A stretch of DNA of 64,000 nucleotides from a phage. A model generated the notes under the pieces. The model did not search any database, was not told the DNA's origin, and was given only the letters and a program-made list of their open reading frames with translations. Positions 54,305 through 63,803 of the stretch are shown here, piece after piece. The DNA is taken from the NCBI GenBank assembly GCA_011911785.1, contig GCA_011911785.1_4084.1. The stretch is one strand, 5' to 3'. Position numbers and translations under genes: made by a program. How positions within the stretch are numbered: position 1 is the stretch's first letter; each line of letters opens with the position of its first letter.

Positions 54305-54570
54305 TGAATTATAAGGATTTACATTTCACCTATAAACTAACATTTTATATGTATCGTTACGCTGATAACAACTTAATGGATAATGCATTTTATCATCGTT
54401 TGTGGAGTGATTATATAAAATCTTTACGTGAACATTTTATAGGTACTATAATTCAATACGAAGGTAAAACAGTAAAAATATTTCAAGTTGATAGTTACAA
54501 CGGGGATCTATGCTTCAGGGGTAGAGATTCTAGTGATGGATTACATGAGATTTATATCTATGAATTATAA
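54304..54570 (+). CDS. YIGK-motif family member (88 aa)
   Basis: N-terminus MNYKDLHFTYK; segment REHFIGTIIQYEGK. Confidence 0.6.
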   Translation: MNYKDLHFTYKLTFYMYRYADNNLMDNAFYHRLWSDYIKSLREHFIGTIIQYEGKTVKIFQVDSYNGDLCFRGRDSSDGLHEIYIYEL

Positions 54571-54835
54571 GGATTTACAATTCACGTACAAAATTCTTCA
54601 TGAACAATATGAACGTGGTGAAGGAATATTAACTTACGATGAACGAGATTTTTTTCTTACATTGTGGTGTGAATATTTGGCAATGATTAACGAGATTTTT
54701 GTTGATAAAGAATATATGATTGACGACATGACTGTACGTATTATCAGAATTAAAAGTTATAATGGAAGTCTTGTTGGAATTTACTATAACAATGAAAAGG
54801 CGAAAAGCGGATTTGTTGATTTGGAGTACCTATGA
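54560..54835 (+). CDS. YIGK-motif family member (91 aa)
   Basis: track ORF 54488 trimmed to MNYKDLQFTYK start. Confidence 0.55.
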   Translation: MNYKDLQFTYKILHEQYERGEGILTYDERDFFLTLWCEYLAMINEIFVDKEYMIDDMTVRIIRIKSYNGSLVGIYYNNEKAKSGFVDLEYL

Positions 54836-55095
54836 ACTATCATGATTTACAATTCACATATCAACTTTTATATGATGATATGAATAACGAATTAGGTTTC
54901 TACTATGAAGTACGTAATAAAATATGGTCAAATTATCTATCTGAGATACAACATCATTTTATAGGACTTCCAATACGTAGAAATAATAAAAACTATCGTT
55001 GTACTGATGTAGTAAGTCATAGAGGTAGGTTGCGTTTAGAATTCTACCGCAGAGACGGGGACTTCATTGGTATAAATTTACTGGATTTTAAATGA
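54832..55095 (+). CDS. YIGK-motif family member (87 aa)
   Basis: N-terminus MNYHDLQFTYQ; segment QHHFIGLPIRRNNK; ATGA overlap. Confidence 0.6.
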   Translation: MNYHDLQFTYQLLYDDMNNELGFYYEVRNKIWSNYLSEIQHHFIGLPIRRNNKNYRCTDVVSHRGRLRLEFYRRDGDFIGINLLDFK

Positions 55096-55379
55096 TGAAA
55101 AACAACTTAAAGGAAATACAAGTATTTTATAGCTTCTTATACTTGTCATATGTAACAGATGAGTACTATGAAAGTGTGTATTATTTTTTATGGCAACATT
55201 ACCGTACTATAGTAAGAGATTTATATATAGGAAAATCTATCATATCCAATGGTGAAAAATGTACCTGTACTGATGTTGTTAGTTTTAATGGTTCTTTAAC
55301 ACTGTGTTTCAGATGCGATAATAATAGTGGGTCATTTTCATTAAACGTATATCAGTTAGAAGGAATAAATTTTGAATAA
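55092..55379 (+). CDS. YIGK-motif family member (95 aa)
   Basis: segment RDLYIGKSIISNGEKCTCTDVVS. Confidence 0.6.
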   Translation: MMKNNLKEIQVFYSFLYLSYVTDEYYESVYYFLWQHYRTIVRDLYIGKSIISNGEKCTCTDVVSFNGSLTLCFRCDNNSGSFSLNVYQLEGINFE

Positions 55380-55572
55380 GTGTCCATATTGTAACAGTAC
55401 TCAATTAGCTCGTTTCCGCTTAGATTCAGACTGGGCCACTGGTGCTGGGGATTTCTTTCCCATCAATGATGATGCGGAATACACTGAAGAACAGCACAAA
55501 GATTTTGATAAATCATGGCGACCAGACATTGAGTGCATTTATTGCCTTAATTGTGAGCGTGTACATGACTAA
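55372..55572 (+). CDS. small Zn-ribbon protein (66 aa)
   Basis: CPYC...CIYCLNC paired-Cys motifs. Confidence 0.5.
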   Translation: MNKCPYCNSTQLARFRLDSDWATGAGDFFPINDDAEYTEEQHKDFDKSWRPDIECIYCLNCERVHD

Positions 55573-55828
55573 AGCTGAACTAATAGTTCATACATATAAA
55601 ATGATAGCCAGTACTGAGTTATCCTGTGGTGCAGATAATCCAGTACTGGACTATTTTATAGAATCTTTGAAAGAACATTATATTGGTAAATCACTGATTC
55701 TTAATAATATTAATTTCACTGTAAAGGATGTAGCACCTGGAAAAAACGTACTAATAGTATGTGTTACTTCATCTGATAACCCAGTATACCCAATAACAAT
55801 AATTTTTGAGGTATTAGGTGATTTATGA
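55565..55828 (+). CDS. YIGK-motif family member (87 aa)
   Basis: track ORF 55442 trimmed to ATG overlapping the upstream stop; segment KEHYIGKSLILNNI. Confidence 0.5.
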   Translation: MTKAELIVHTYKMIASTELSCGADNPVLDYFIESLKEHYIGKSLILNNINFTVKDVAPGKNVLIVCVTSSDNPVYPITIIFEVLGDL

Positions 55829-56115
55829 ATATCATTTTAATACAGAAAACATATTCTATATTGGTGAAAGATTATTCCATTACTTTCGATTCACAAGAAA
55901 GTGCTCTACATAACCTATACAAAAACGTAACACAAGAATACAGAAATATGTTTTCTGACTTAGTAGTAGGAAGGTATTTCAGTACTAGAAAATATCCAAA
56001 ACTTCAAGCAGAGGATGTTTCTTTTTATTTCAATGGTCATATTACTATTCATAGTTTAGACCAAAATTCACCAACGTACTTAAACTTTTCATTCGATGAG
56101 GTAACCTTTTTATGA
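55825..56115 (+). CDS. YIGK-family-like protein (96 aa)
   Basis: ATGA overlap; divergent paralog. Confidence 0.5.
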   Translation: MNIILIQKTYSILVKDYSITFDSQESALHNLYKNVTQEYRNMFSDLVVGRYFSTRKYPKLQAEDVSFYFNGHITIHSLDQNSPTYLNFSFDEVTFL

Positions 56116-56294
56116 GAACATTATTTTTTATCTGGAGTCTTTTTTCTCTTGCAGTACTGACAGTTGCAGGTGCTTATTCATTTTCAACAATGAATACATG
56201 GTATATCAATTTACTATTTCCAATTGTCGGTGTAGGTTTAGGATTTACTTTACATAGTGTATGTAAGGATTTCAATGACAAATCAAACAAATGA
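56112..56294 (+). CDS. hypothetical small membrane protein (60 aa, two predicted TM helices)
   Basis: hydrophobic segments LFFIWSLFSLAVLTVAGA and INLLFPIVGVGLGFTL. Confidence 0.45.
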   Translation: MRTLFFIWSLFSLAVLTVAGAYSFSTMNTWYINLLFPIVGVGLGFTLHSVCKDFNDKSNK

Positions 56295-56559
56295 AGTACT
56301 TATTGCTGAAACAATGAAGATGATTTATAGTATTACTACAGCACAGAATATGCCCTATCCCATTAAGTCTTTATTGAGGACCGTGTATCTTGTGACTGTG
56401 CAGGAATACTATAAATCCAAGCACAAAAGCATTATTAGTGTTTATCGTGATTATGAAAGGATTCGTATTTTGTACTGGAACAAGAACCGAGTACGTTCTG
56501 AATGTGACCTTGCGGACTTCAAATTAGAGAATCTTTATTGTTATAAAGCGGGACAGTAG
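56275..56559 (+). CDS. hypothetical protein (about 94 aa)
   Basis: track ORF 56257; start uncertain. Confidence 0.45.
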   Translation: MTNQTNEVLIAETMKMIYSITTAQNMPYPIKSLLRTVYLVTVQEYYKSKHKSIISVYRDYERIRILYWNKNRVRSECDLADFKLENLYCYKAGQ

Positions 56560-56617
56560 TATAAGTAGTGATATAATTGTTGGTATGGAATAATAACTAA
56601 CACAAGGAGCGTGTAGA

Positions 56618-57346
56618 GTGATTGACCGTATCAGATTTGCCAGCGAGTTAGCAAACCAATTAAACATTGCAAATTTCCAAATGCTAACATCCGTAATGGC
56701 AGAACATGCAACTGCATATTCAGTAAGTGGTGTCCAATGCGGACAAGAGAATTTACTAGCTGATGTATACAGTGAAGTGCAAGGTAAACAATATTCAGTC
56801 AAAACATACAAGGATAAGTTTGTTAGTCTGTATATGAACGGCGATATTGAAGAAGAACGTAAGTTTACCGATTTTATTATTGAACGCCGTGTATCAGGTG
56901 TGTCAAACCCGAATGCTGCAAGTGATGTAGTATTTGATGAAGTACTGAAAGATATATACGAAAATGAAGCGAAAAGTAAGAATCATTACAATGTACGTGA
57001 AACTAACACAGTGCTCTTGGGATATGATGAAGACGAATTTTTCTATTATTTCCGTATAACTGAAGTACCTTTTGATTATAAAAAACCACATACCACATGT
57101 GCTCGTGAATTTACTGAAAAGAGTAAAAACTACAAAAAGCACGAAGGCAATCGTTGTAGTGTAAATGGTTATGATGAGAATGGTGTACACATTTATGAAT
57201 GGGTACATCCGAACTGTCAGACTTACACACGTTGCCTTAAAAAGAGATATAATTTAGAAGAACATGAATCTTTCTACTTCAAAGTTAAGAAGCAAGATTA
57301 TAACAGACCAGACGATTCTGAATTACTTGGTATGATTTACTTCTAA
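56618..57346 (+). CDS. hypothetical protein (242 aa), GTG start
   Basis: RBS AAGGAG 8 nt upstream of GTG; Cys/His-containing C-terminal region. Confidence 0.55.
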   Translation: MIDRIRFASELANQLNIANFQMLTSVMAEHATAYSVSGVQCGQENLLADVYSEVQGKQYSVKTYKDKFVSLYMNGDIEEERKFTDFIIERRVSGVSNPNAASDVVFDEVLKDIYENEAKSKNHYNVRETNTVLLGYDEDEFFYYFRITEVPFDYKKPHTTCAREFTEKSKNYKKHEGNRCSVNGYDENGVHIYEWVHPNCQTYTRCLKKRYNLEEHESFYFKVKKQDYNRPDDSELLGMIYF

Positions 57347-57354
57347 GGTAAGTT

Positions 57355-57633
57355 ATGAATTTACAAAGAGATGTGTGGACATATGAATATCTTTTAGAAC
57401 TTTATGGTGATATGTATCTTAAAAATAAACCATACATAGACGATATAAGGGCTATGATAGATGATTTTTCTTCTGAGTTTATTCCACTTTATACTAATAA
57501 AGAAGTTACACATAAATCAATGAATAAATCAGGTATTATTGATGAAATTGATTTTGATACACATGGTGTGTATTTTTATATTATTTTCTCCAATGATACT
57601 GTTGGTATATACACGTATAAAGAATTAAAATAA
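57355..57633 (+). CDS. hypothetical protein (92 aa)
   Basis: ORF followed by terminator. Confidence 0.5.
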   Translation: MNLQRDVWTYEYLLELYGDMYLKNKPYIDDIRAMIDDFSSEFIPLYTNKEVTHKSMNKSGIIDEIDFDTHGVYFYIIFSNDTVGIYTYKELK

Positions 57634-57638
57634 GTACA

Positions 57639-57666
57639 GGCCAGCATGGATTGCTGGTCTTTTTTG
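57639..57666 (+). terminator. rho-independent terminator
   Basis: stem GGCCAGCA/TGCTGGTC followed by TTTTTT. Confidence 0.65.
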
Positions 57667-57676
57667 TAGGTACATT

Positions 57677-57976
57677 ATGGACAAAATACAATTAGTTAGT
57701 AGTACGATAACAATGCTTGCTGATGTTGCCAGATGGAGCAGTGGTGGTTCAGTTAGTACTATGCTCGGTATACTCACGCAATACACCTATACCTGCAATG
57801 CAATGTTATATGGTAAGGAAGTTGAAATTGATGATCCCTATGGAATTCCCATATCATATGACCGAGGTGTAATAAAAAGAGTTACTCTGAGACTAACATA
57901 TCATCCATATTTTGTAGTAGAACTTCCTGATGGAAAATTAAGAGAATATGTTGCTAAAAGGTTAAAACTAAAATGA
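57677..57976 (+). CDS. hypothetical protein (99 aa)
   Basis: intact ORF. Confidence 0.5.
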   Translation: MDKIQLVSSTITMLADVARWSSGGSVSTMLGILTQYTYTCNAMLYGKEVEIDDPYGIPISYDRGVIKRVTLRLTYHPYFVVELPDGKLREYVAKRLKLK

Positions 57977-58551
57977 ATATTGTAGAATTAAGTACTAAGC
58001 TGATTACTATGCGTAACGAGTGGTACAATTGGTATTATAACGGTACTGACATGGATTTTTCAAAATATCCATTTATGGAATCAGGATGTGATTCAAGATA
58101 CCGCTGGTTGAGTAAAGATGATTCTGGTTTACATATTCGAGTTGATGATAGTGGTCAGGGAATTATAAAAGATTTACTTCAAGTTGAAGAACTCGTCCAT
58201 GATGAGTGGTGTGATAATGATCCATACCTAGGAAATATAATTTATGTAACTGAAGATGATTGTATATTCGTCATTCAGCGTCATGGTGATTCTATGTTTT
58301 ATATAGCAGACAGCAGTACACCTGAAGGTGCAGCATCAGATGGTCTTATTCCTAAGATTAATATATTAGATTTTGGCTTACCTGAGCACTTCCAGATGAG
58401 TACTCTATTCGATATTCCACCGTTTGAGTTTTTTGAAGAATTTAAATTGTACTACAGTGAACTTCAAAAATTGAGTACCGAGAGTCGTATTGAAATAACA
58501 GTCAGGTACATGGACGGGGTAAAATTAACCGACACGGGGATAGAATTTTGA
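57973..58551 (+). CDS. FQxS-motif family protein (192 aa), outlying member
   Basis: motif PEHFQMSTLFD; ATGA overlap. Confidence 0.6.
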   Translation: MNIVELSTKLITMRNEWYNWYYNGTDMDFSKYPFMESGCDSRYRWLSKDDSGLHIRVDDSGQGIIKDLLQVEELVHDEWCDNDPYLGNIIYVTEDDCIFVIQRHGDSMFYIADSSTPEGAASDGLIPKINILDFGLPEHFQMSTLFDIPPFEFFEEFKLYYSELQKLSTESRIEITVRYMDGVKLTDTGIEF

Positions 58552-59237
58552 TTAAAGACTTAGACCGAATTTTGTATGTACTAAGGGGTGTAATTACTTT
58601 ACAACCACAGATTAACCGCATGGAGAGAGCCTTTGAATTAAAATCAAGAGAAACTCCATATTCACATATATCAAATGTAGTTGGTTCATTCTGCTCTGAA
58701 GACTCTGCATATGATATATATGTGTGTGAAGTACAGCCCAGTAATGATCTTGGTTTTGCAATCTTCGATAAAAATCAAGTACTGGTCAGTATGTTTCAGT
58801 GTAATAATCCTTTCTGGAAAACATGCCTGTACCCTGATTGGGCTATGCTTGACCCTACGAATAGTAAGATTAAAGTATATGACTCTAAGAATGAAGAAGT
58901 TGTTATTGATTTAGATGAATCAATGACAGAGGAAGAACACTTCCAGCTTATGATGATGCGTGCGATGCCAGACTATGAAGCAATGATTAACACAGTACAA
59001 TACATTAAGGATACGATGAGATCATTGTGTAATCATGAGTTTTGTCATCCAGTATCGTATGAACATTTGGATTTAGATTTCAGTACTATCAAGTTTAAAG
59101 ATAGTGTTATTGAATATATCCAAGAGAACACTAAATTTGATTTTATTAGTACTATGATTAATAATCCTGATACAAATTTCAGACGACAGTACAATGAGTC
59201 TTTATCTAATGGACGTGATACCAGTTGGTGGAAATAA
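58548..59237 (+). CDS. FQxS-family-like protein (229 aa), outlying member
   Basis: motif EEEHFQLMMMRA. Confidence 0.55.
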   Translation: MIKDLDRILYVLRGVITLQPQINRMERAFELKSRETPYSHISNVVGSFCSEDSAYDIYVCEVQPSNDLGFAIFDKNQVLVSMFQCNNPFWKTCLYPDWAMLDPTNSKIKVYDSKNEEVVIDLDESMTEEEHFQLMMMRAMPDYEAMINTVQYIKDTMRSLCNHEFCHPVSYEHLDLDFSTIKFKDSVIEYIQENTKFDFISTMINNPDTNFRRQYNESLSNGRDTSWWK

Positions 59238-59238
59238 T

Positions 59239-59502
59239 ATGAATATCCAAGATAGATTGCAATTGTTGCACACACTTGAAGAAGCTGCTTTTGAACTTGT
59301 TAATAAAATTGCACAAGAACTCCCAAAAGGAACCAACATTCGTGTTCGTGAAATGGATTATTTAACGGGAGAAATTGAAGAAAAAGTTCTAACAGTGATC
59401 AAAGTAACATACTATGAATCAGAGTTATCAATTCAATGTAAGTCAGATAATGGTTACGTTTCCTACTATGGCACAGATGTAGATATAGAGGTAATTAGAT
59501 GA
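59239..59502 (+). CDS. hypothetical protein (87 aa)
   Basis: track ORF 59194 trimmed to ATG just after the upstream stop. Confidence 0.45.
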   Translation: MNIQDRLQLLHTLEEAAFELVNKIAQELPKGTNIRVREMDYLTGEIEEKVLTVIKVTYYESELSIQCKSDNGYVSYYGTDVDIEVIR

Positions 59503-60644
59503 GTAATTTACGAGAAATATACAATGATTTAATGGAACTATGTGAATCTAATGATGCATTTTTCTATATAGATCACACAAGCCCAGGTGGTGGTTTATAC
59601 CGTGTATTCACCTATCGTCTGGCATCTTATACTGATTTCACAAATAAAAATGCACTAGAAACTCGTGGTTCTATGTGGGAAATTGATTCCAACGGAATTA
59701 TGATTCGTTGTGCAGCACGTACAATGAAAAAGTTCTTCAATGCATATGAAAACCCTTACACAATGTTCAGTACTGATACTACCTGTGATGATATTGCGGT
59801 TGTAATGCCTAAGCTAGATGGTTCTATCATCAGCACATTCCGTGATAACGATGGTGAAATCCGTTGTAAATCACACACTTCGTTATCGTCTGACCATGCT
59901 ATTAACAGTACTCGCCTTTTGAACGAGAACCAAAATCTCTATCAATACATTGATGAAGCAGACCGTTTGGGCTATACTGTGAATCTGGAATACACAAGCC
60001 CAGAGTATCGAATTGTGTTACCATATCAGGTGGAACAGTTATTTGTTCTTAACGTTCGTCATCGTATTAGTGGTGAGTTGTTATGCGGTAAAGCACTACG
60101 TGATAAGTTTCCATGCCTTTCACAGTACAGTACTAATATGACAGGTAATGACATTCATCATACATTCCCGATTATGCCTACATTTAAAGAGTCAATCGAT
60201 AAAGTACGTTCTATGCTTGACATTGAAGGTTTTGTGTGTATAATGAAAGATGGTACAATGTGCAAAATCAAAACTGACTGGTATTGCTCTTTGCATTTAA
60301 CAAAAGATTCCATTCTTATTGATTCCCATTTATATGAAGCTGTACTGACTGGTGCAAGTGATGACTTAAAACAATTGTTCAGTACTGATACATATGCAAT
60401 GGATAAGATATTAAGAATGGAACAATTGGTATTTTCGTGCTATAATGCTTTACAAGATGAGGTAGAAAGCTTCGTCCATGCATACAAGCACTTAGAGCGA
60501 AAGGAATTCGCACAAAAGGTTCAGCAAGATTTACCTAATGTATTGAACCGACAAGGCTTGGCCTTTGCGTTGTACAATGGCAAAAGTGTCGATTATAAAG
60601 AGACTTTACTAAAGTACTACAAAGATGTACTAAAGGATTTTTAG
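59499..60644 (+). CDS. rnlA: RNA ligase 1 (T4 Rnl1 / gp63-like), 381 aa
   Basis: colinear similarity to T4 RnlA as recalled (LMELC...FFY start, adenylation KxDG motif VVMPKLDGS, EGFV and K-x-K segments). Confidence 0.85.
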   Translation: MSNLREIYNDLMELCESNDAFFYIDHTSPGGGLYRVFTYRLASYTDFTNKNALETRGSMWEIDSNGIMIRCAARTMKKFFNAYENPYTMFSTDTTCDDIAVVMPKLDGSIISTFRDNDGEIRCKSHTSLSSDHAINSTRLLNENQNLYQYIDEADRLGYTVNLEYTSPEYRIVLPYQVEQLFVLNVRHRISGELLCGKALRDKFPCLSQYSTNMTGNDIHHTFPIMPTFKESIDKVRSMLDIEGFVCIMKDGTMCKIKTDWYCSLHLTKDSILIDSHLYEAVLTGASDDLKQLFSTDTYAMDKILRMEQLVFSCYNALQDEVESFVHAYKHLERKEFAQKVQQDLPNVLNRQGLAFALYNGKSVDYKETLLKYYKDVLKDF

Positions 60645-60673
60645 TACTAACTAGCCCAGCACAAGGAGAAGTG

Positions 60674-60928
60674 ATGGCTAAACCTAAGTATAAAAATGAT
60701 GGTTCCCTTTCTCCTACTGAGTTCAGGAAAATACAACAAGAAATCGATGATTTACAGCACAAACGCTCAATGAAAGGTGTGAAGATTAGTAAGAAGCGAA
60801 TCGAGAATACTTTTGGGTGTAGTAGTACTGAATATAAGAAGAAAAGGAAACCAAAGGATGTTAAGCCGAGAATACATGATGTAACTCGCTATACATCAAA
60901 ACGTGAAAATAAATTCGATCCACTATAA
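60674..60928 (+). CDS. hypothetical basic protein (84 aa)
   Basis: RBS AAGGAGA; Lys/Arg-rich. Confidence 0.5.
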   Translation: MAKPKYKNDGSLSPTEFRKIQQEIDDLQHKRSMKGVKISKKRIENTFGCSSTEYKKKRKPKDVKPRIHDVTRYTSKRENKFDPL

Positions 60929-60937
60929 GGAGTTCAT

Positions 60938-61174
60938 ATGAAAGTTGAAGTTCAGCATAGTATTGTTCAGGATATGTCAGTGGTTAAGTTTCTTTCTCTG
61001 AAAGATTACTTCAGATGTATCAAGTTCCTTGAAGAATCTCAATTACAGTGGACCCCCTTAAAGTACAGTTCATCCAATGACACTGCTAGTATTCGTTGTG
61101 ATGAAGCTGTACTTGTAAAAATCTCCAAGCGATTTGGAGTTGGGAAATACAATGAAAAACAATCATTCAAGTGA
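60938..61174 (+). CDS. hypothetical protein (78 aa)
   Basis: RBS AAGGAG upstream. Confidence 0.5.
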   Translation: MKVEVQHSIVQDMSVVKFLSLKDYFRCIKFLEESQLQWTPLKYSSSNDTASIRCDEAVLVKISKRFGVGKYNEKQSFK

Positions 61175-61406
61175 TTTGTTATATTATAAAGTACTATCAG
61201 AATGTTTGACGGATATATTGTACCGTGAGAGTAATACTCTACGTGAAAAATATATTAACAAAAGAGTACGTTATAAATCATCTTATGATGGGATGAATGT
61301 TTATGGTAAAATCACTAATGTATATGTAGATGATGATTTTACATTGAATATCATTGTCGATAATTGTATTAGTATCTCAATTGATGATATTATTGAGGTA
61401 ATCTAA
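61134..61406 (+). CDS. hypothetical protein (90 aa), possibly related to the YIGK family
   Basis: segment KYINKRVRYKSSYDGMNVYGKI. Confidence 0.45.
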   Translation: MELGNTMKNNHSSDLLYYKVLSECLTDILYRESNTLREKYINKRVRYKSSYDGMNVYGKITNVYVDDDFTLNIIVDNCISISIDDIIEVI

Positions 61407-61717
61407 TGAATAAAGCATTAAAAGAACTTAATAATTTAATGAATGCAGAAATTGAATTAACTAATACTATTTCTGAAATTGTTCATGATATGATTACACA
61501 ATACAAGAAATCACTCATTGGTAAGAAAGTTGAATGCTGGGATTACAACACTAAAACATGGTTCGAAACTATCATTAGTGATGTTAATGTTAAATTTCAT
61601 GTAGTTACTCATCACATTTCTGACGAGTGCTATGTAGAAGTAACTATAGGACACAACACGCGACATGAACGTTTTTCGTGGTACAATCTAAAGAATGTGA
61701 AATTTATTGAGGATTAA
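61406..61717 (+). CDS. hypothetical protein (103 aa), possibly related to the YIGK family
   Basis: segment SLIGKKVECWDYNTKTWFETI. Confidence 0.45.
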   Translation: MNKALKELNNLMNAEIELTNTISEIVHDMITQYKKSLIGKKVECWDYNTKTWFETIISDVNVKFHVVTHHISDECYVEVTIGHNTRHERFSWYNLKNVKFIED

Positions 61718-62650
61718 ATGCCAACTATTACACTAACAGTTGGATTGCCAGGATGTGGTAAAACCACGTGGGCAGTGCAAGAAATTAAAAAAGCAAAGTC
61801 CAAGACTATCAACATCAACCGTGATGATATTCGAGAGTCTATGGCTGGGTCACATGATGCTTATAAATTCACTGATGCGAACGAGAAGTACGTAACTAAT
61901 CAACAGTTCAGTGCAGCAAACGCCGCAGCAGCGAATGGATGGAACATTATTGTGTCCGATACGAACCTGAAACAAGGTTTTCGTGATGAATGGAAACGTT
62001 GGGCTAAAGATAATGGTTATGATTACAAAGAAAAGAACTTCTATGATGATTTTGTGCCTAATGAAGACCGTGGTGCAGATGTTCATGAATTCTTTAAGAT
62101 TAAAGAGTTCGTAAAACTTTGTAAGAAATATAACCTCCAGCGTGAGCGTTCAGTTCAAGATGATATCATTGACACAATGGCAGATACGTACTATTATAGA
62201 AAGGCATTACACATTGGTTACTATGGTAATGCACGTGAAGCTGCTATCATTGTTGATATCGACGGTACTCTTGCTCATAAGTGGGGACGTAACCCGTTTG
62301 ATGAAAGTACTGTCCTTCAGGATACACCAGATGAAGAAGTAATTCTGTCTGTCATTGCTGAGGCTGTTTTCCATAAGCGTAAGGTAATCGTCATGAGTGG
62401 GCGTACTGAAGGGTGTCGTGCTGATACTGAACAGTGGCTTAAGAATTGGGGCATTCCCTACGATGTATTGTTAATGCGAGCTATCGATGATAAACGTCCT
62501 GATGATGTTGTCAAATTCGAGTTGTATATGAATAACGTTGTTAATCATTACGATGTTAAGAAAGTATTTGATGACAGGGCCGCCGTTGTATTCATGTGGC
62601 GTAAGCTACTAGGCTTGAAAGTATTTCAGGTGGAACCTGGACTATTTTGA
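61718..62650 (+). CDS. pseT: polynucleotide 5'-kinase / 3'-phosphatase (T4 Pnk-like), 310 aa
   Basis: N-terminal P-loop GLPGCGKTT and C-terminal HAD-type DxDGT motif (IVDIDGTLA); colinear with T4 PseT as recalled. Confidence 0.85.
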   Translation: MPTITLTVGLPGCGKTTWAVQEIKKAKSKTININRDDIRESMAGSHDAYKFTDANEKYVTNQQFSAANAAAANGWNIIVSDTNLKQGFRDEWKRWAKDNGYDYKEKNFYDDFVPNEDRGADVHEFFKIKEFVKLCKKYNLQRERSVQDDIIDTMADTYYYRKALHIGYYGNAREAAIIVDIDGTLAHKWGRNPFDESTVLQDTPDEEVILSVIAEAVFHKRKVIVMSGRTEGCRADTEQWLKNWGIPYDVLLMRAIDDKRPDDVVKFELYMNNVVNHYDVKKVFDDRAAVVFMWRKLLGLKVFQVEPGLF

Positions 62651-62657
62651 TTATTAC

Positions 62658-62688
62658 AAAGGGATCAGTACTGATCCCTTTTCTTTTA
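62658..62688 (+). terminator. rho-independent terminator
   Basis: perfect palindrome AAAGGGATCAGTACTGATCCCTTT followed by a T-rich tract. Confidence 0.65.
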
Positions 62689-62702
62689 ATTTAGGTGATA
62701 TA

Positions 62703-62963
62703 ATGGATAATAGTTATGATGTACATTTCAAACAATGCCAGTTGGTTTTACACTCCCTAATGGAAGAGTTGCGAATCAAGTACATAGGCAAAATTGCTAC
62801 ATGTTTATCAACTGGAAGACGTGGGCAAATTGTAGAGATTTATTATTCTCCACTTAGTGATGAAATTAAAATAAAAGCTAAAATATTCCTAACTGGATCT
62901 AACGATTTCTTGGGTGAACATATGGTAAAAATTATCTCTGAATTATCTATATCGGATGAATAA
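62703..62963 (+). CDS. YIGK-motif family member (86 aa)
   Basis: segment RIKYIGKIATCLSTGRRG. Confidence 0.55.
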   Translation: MDNSYDVHFKQCQLVLHSLMEELRIKYIGKIATCLSTGRRGQIVEIYYSPLSDEIKIKAKIFLTGSNDFLGEHMVKIISELSISDE

Positions 62964-62965
62964 AC

Positions 62966-63232
62966 ATGAATATTAATATAGATTTCCAATTTGTTAATTC
63001 ACATATTCAAGTACTGAAAAATTTAGTAAAGCAACTATCAGAAAAATATAAAGATACATATGTTAAATGTGTCTATGATACAAGTGACTGGGAACGCATT
63101 ATTAAAATTGATTCAGTATATCTTGATACTAACAATAATATAGTTGTATCTGGCGTTGATATGTATGGGCATAGATACCAATTCACAACGCGAGCAACAA
63201 TAACTACTGTGGATGGATATGAATACGAATGA
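62966..63232 (+). CDS. YIGK-family-like protein (88 aa)
   Basis: tandem paralog. Confidence 0.5.
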   Translation: MNINIDFQFVNSHIQVLKNLVKQLSEKYKDTYVKCVYDTSDWERIIKIDSVYLDTNNNIVVSGVDMYGHRYQFTTRATITTVDGYEYE

Positions 63233-63518
63233 ATTCCAAGCATTATTGAAAACATTATATCTTCTTAAAGAAGAATCTCTTGCAATGTATAATGAAAAAC
63301 AATACAAGTTTGAAGAACAACTCATTCATTTTCATGATGAATATCTTGACTTTTTGAATAAAAAATACTCAAATGTTCAGTGCAAATATCGAGGTAGTGA
63401 TGTTATTATTACCAAAATCGAATCCAGTACTTACGGATATCCATACCTTTGTTGCAAATATATCCCAAGTAATATAACATTTCGCTCAAGAATGTATTCG
63501 AGGTTTATTTTTTCATGA
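63213..63518 (+). CDS. YIGK-family-like protein (101 aa)
   Basis: tandem paralog. Confidence 0.5.
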   Translation: MDMNTNEFQALLKTLYLLKEESLAMYNEKQYKFEEQLIHFHDEYLDFLNKKYSNVQCKYRGSDVIITKIESSTYGYPYLCCKYIPSNITFRSRMYSRFIFS

Positions 63519-63796
63519 ATAATGATTCATTGAAGTTTTTTTATTATCATTATCGTATTTTACGTAGTTTATATTTTTCAGAATCCGATGAAAGATTACT
63601 AACATCATTATCAGTACTGATGGATAATTACGAGAACGAATTATCAAAAGTGGTTTTTGGTGTCAATGTTCTAGATGATACCGATTTAACATGGACAATT
63701 ATTGAAGTGGCGACCTGGAATGGTAATATTTTGTACAGGTGCGAACGAGCAGGTTTTTTATGGGATGCAACATATGACGAGATTAGAATTGTATGA
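63515..63796 (+). CDS. YIGK-family-like protein (93 aa)
   Basis: ATGA overlap; tandem paralog. Confidence 0.5.
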   Translation: MNNDSLKFFYYHYRILRSLYFSESDERLLTSLSVLMDNYENELSKVVFGVNVLDDTDLTWTIIEVATWNGNILYRCERAGFLWDATYDEIRIV

Positions 63797-63803
63797 CAGG
63801 CAA

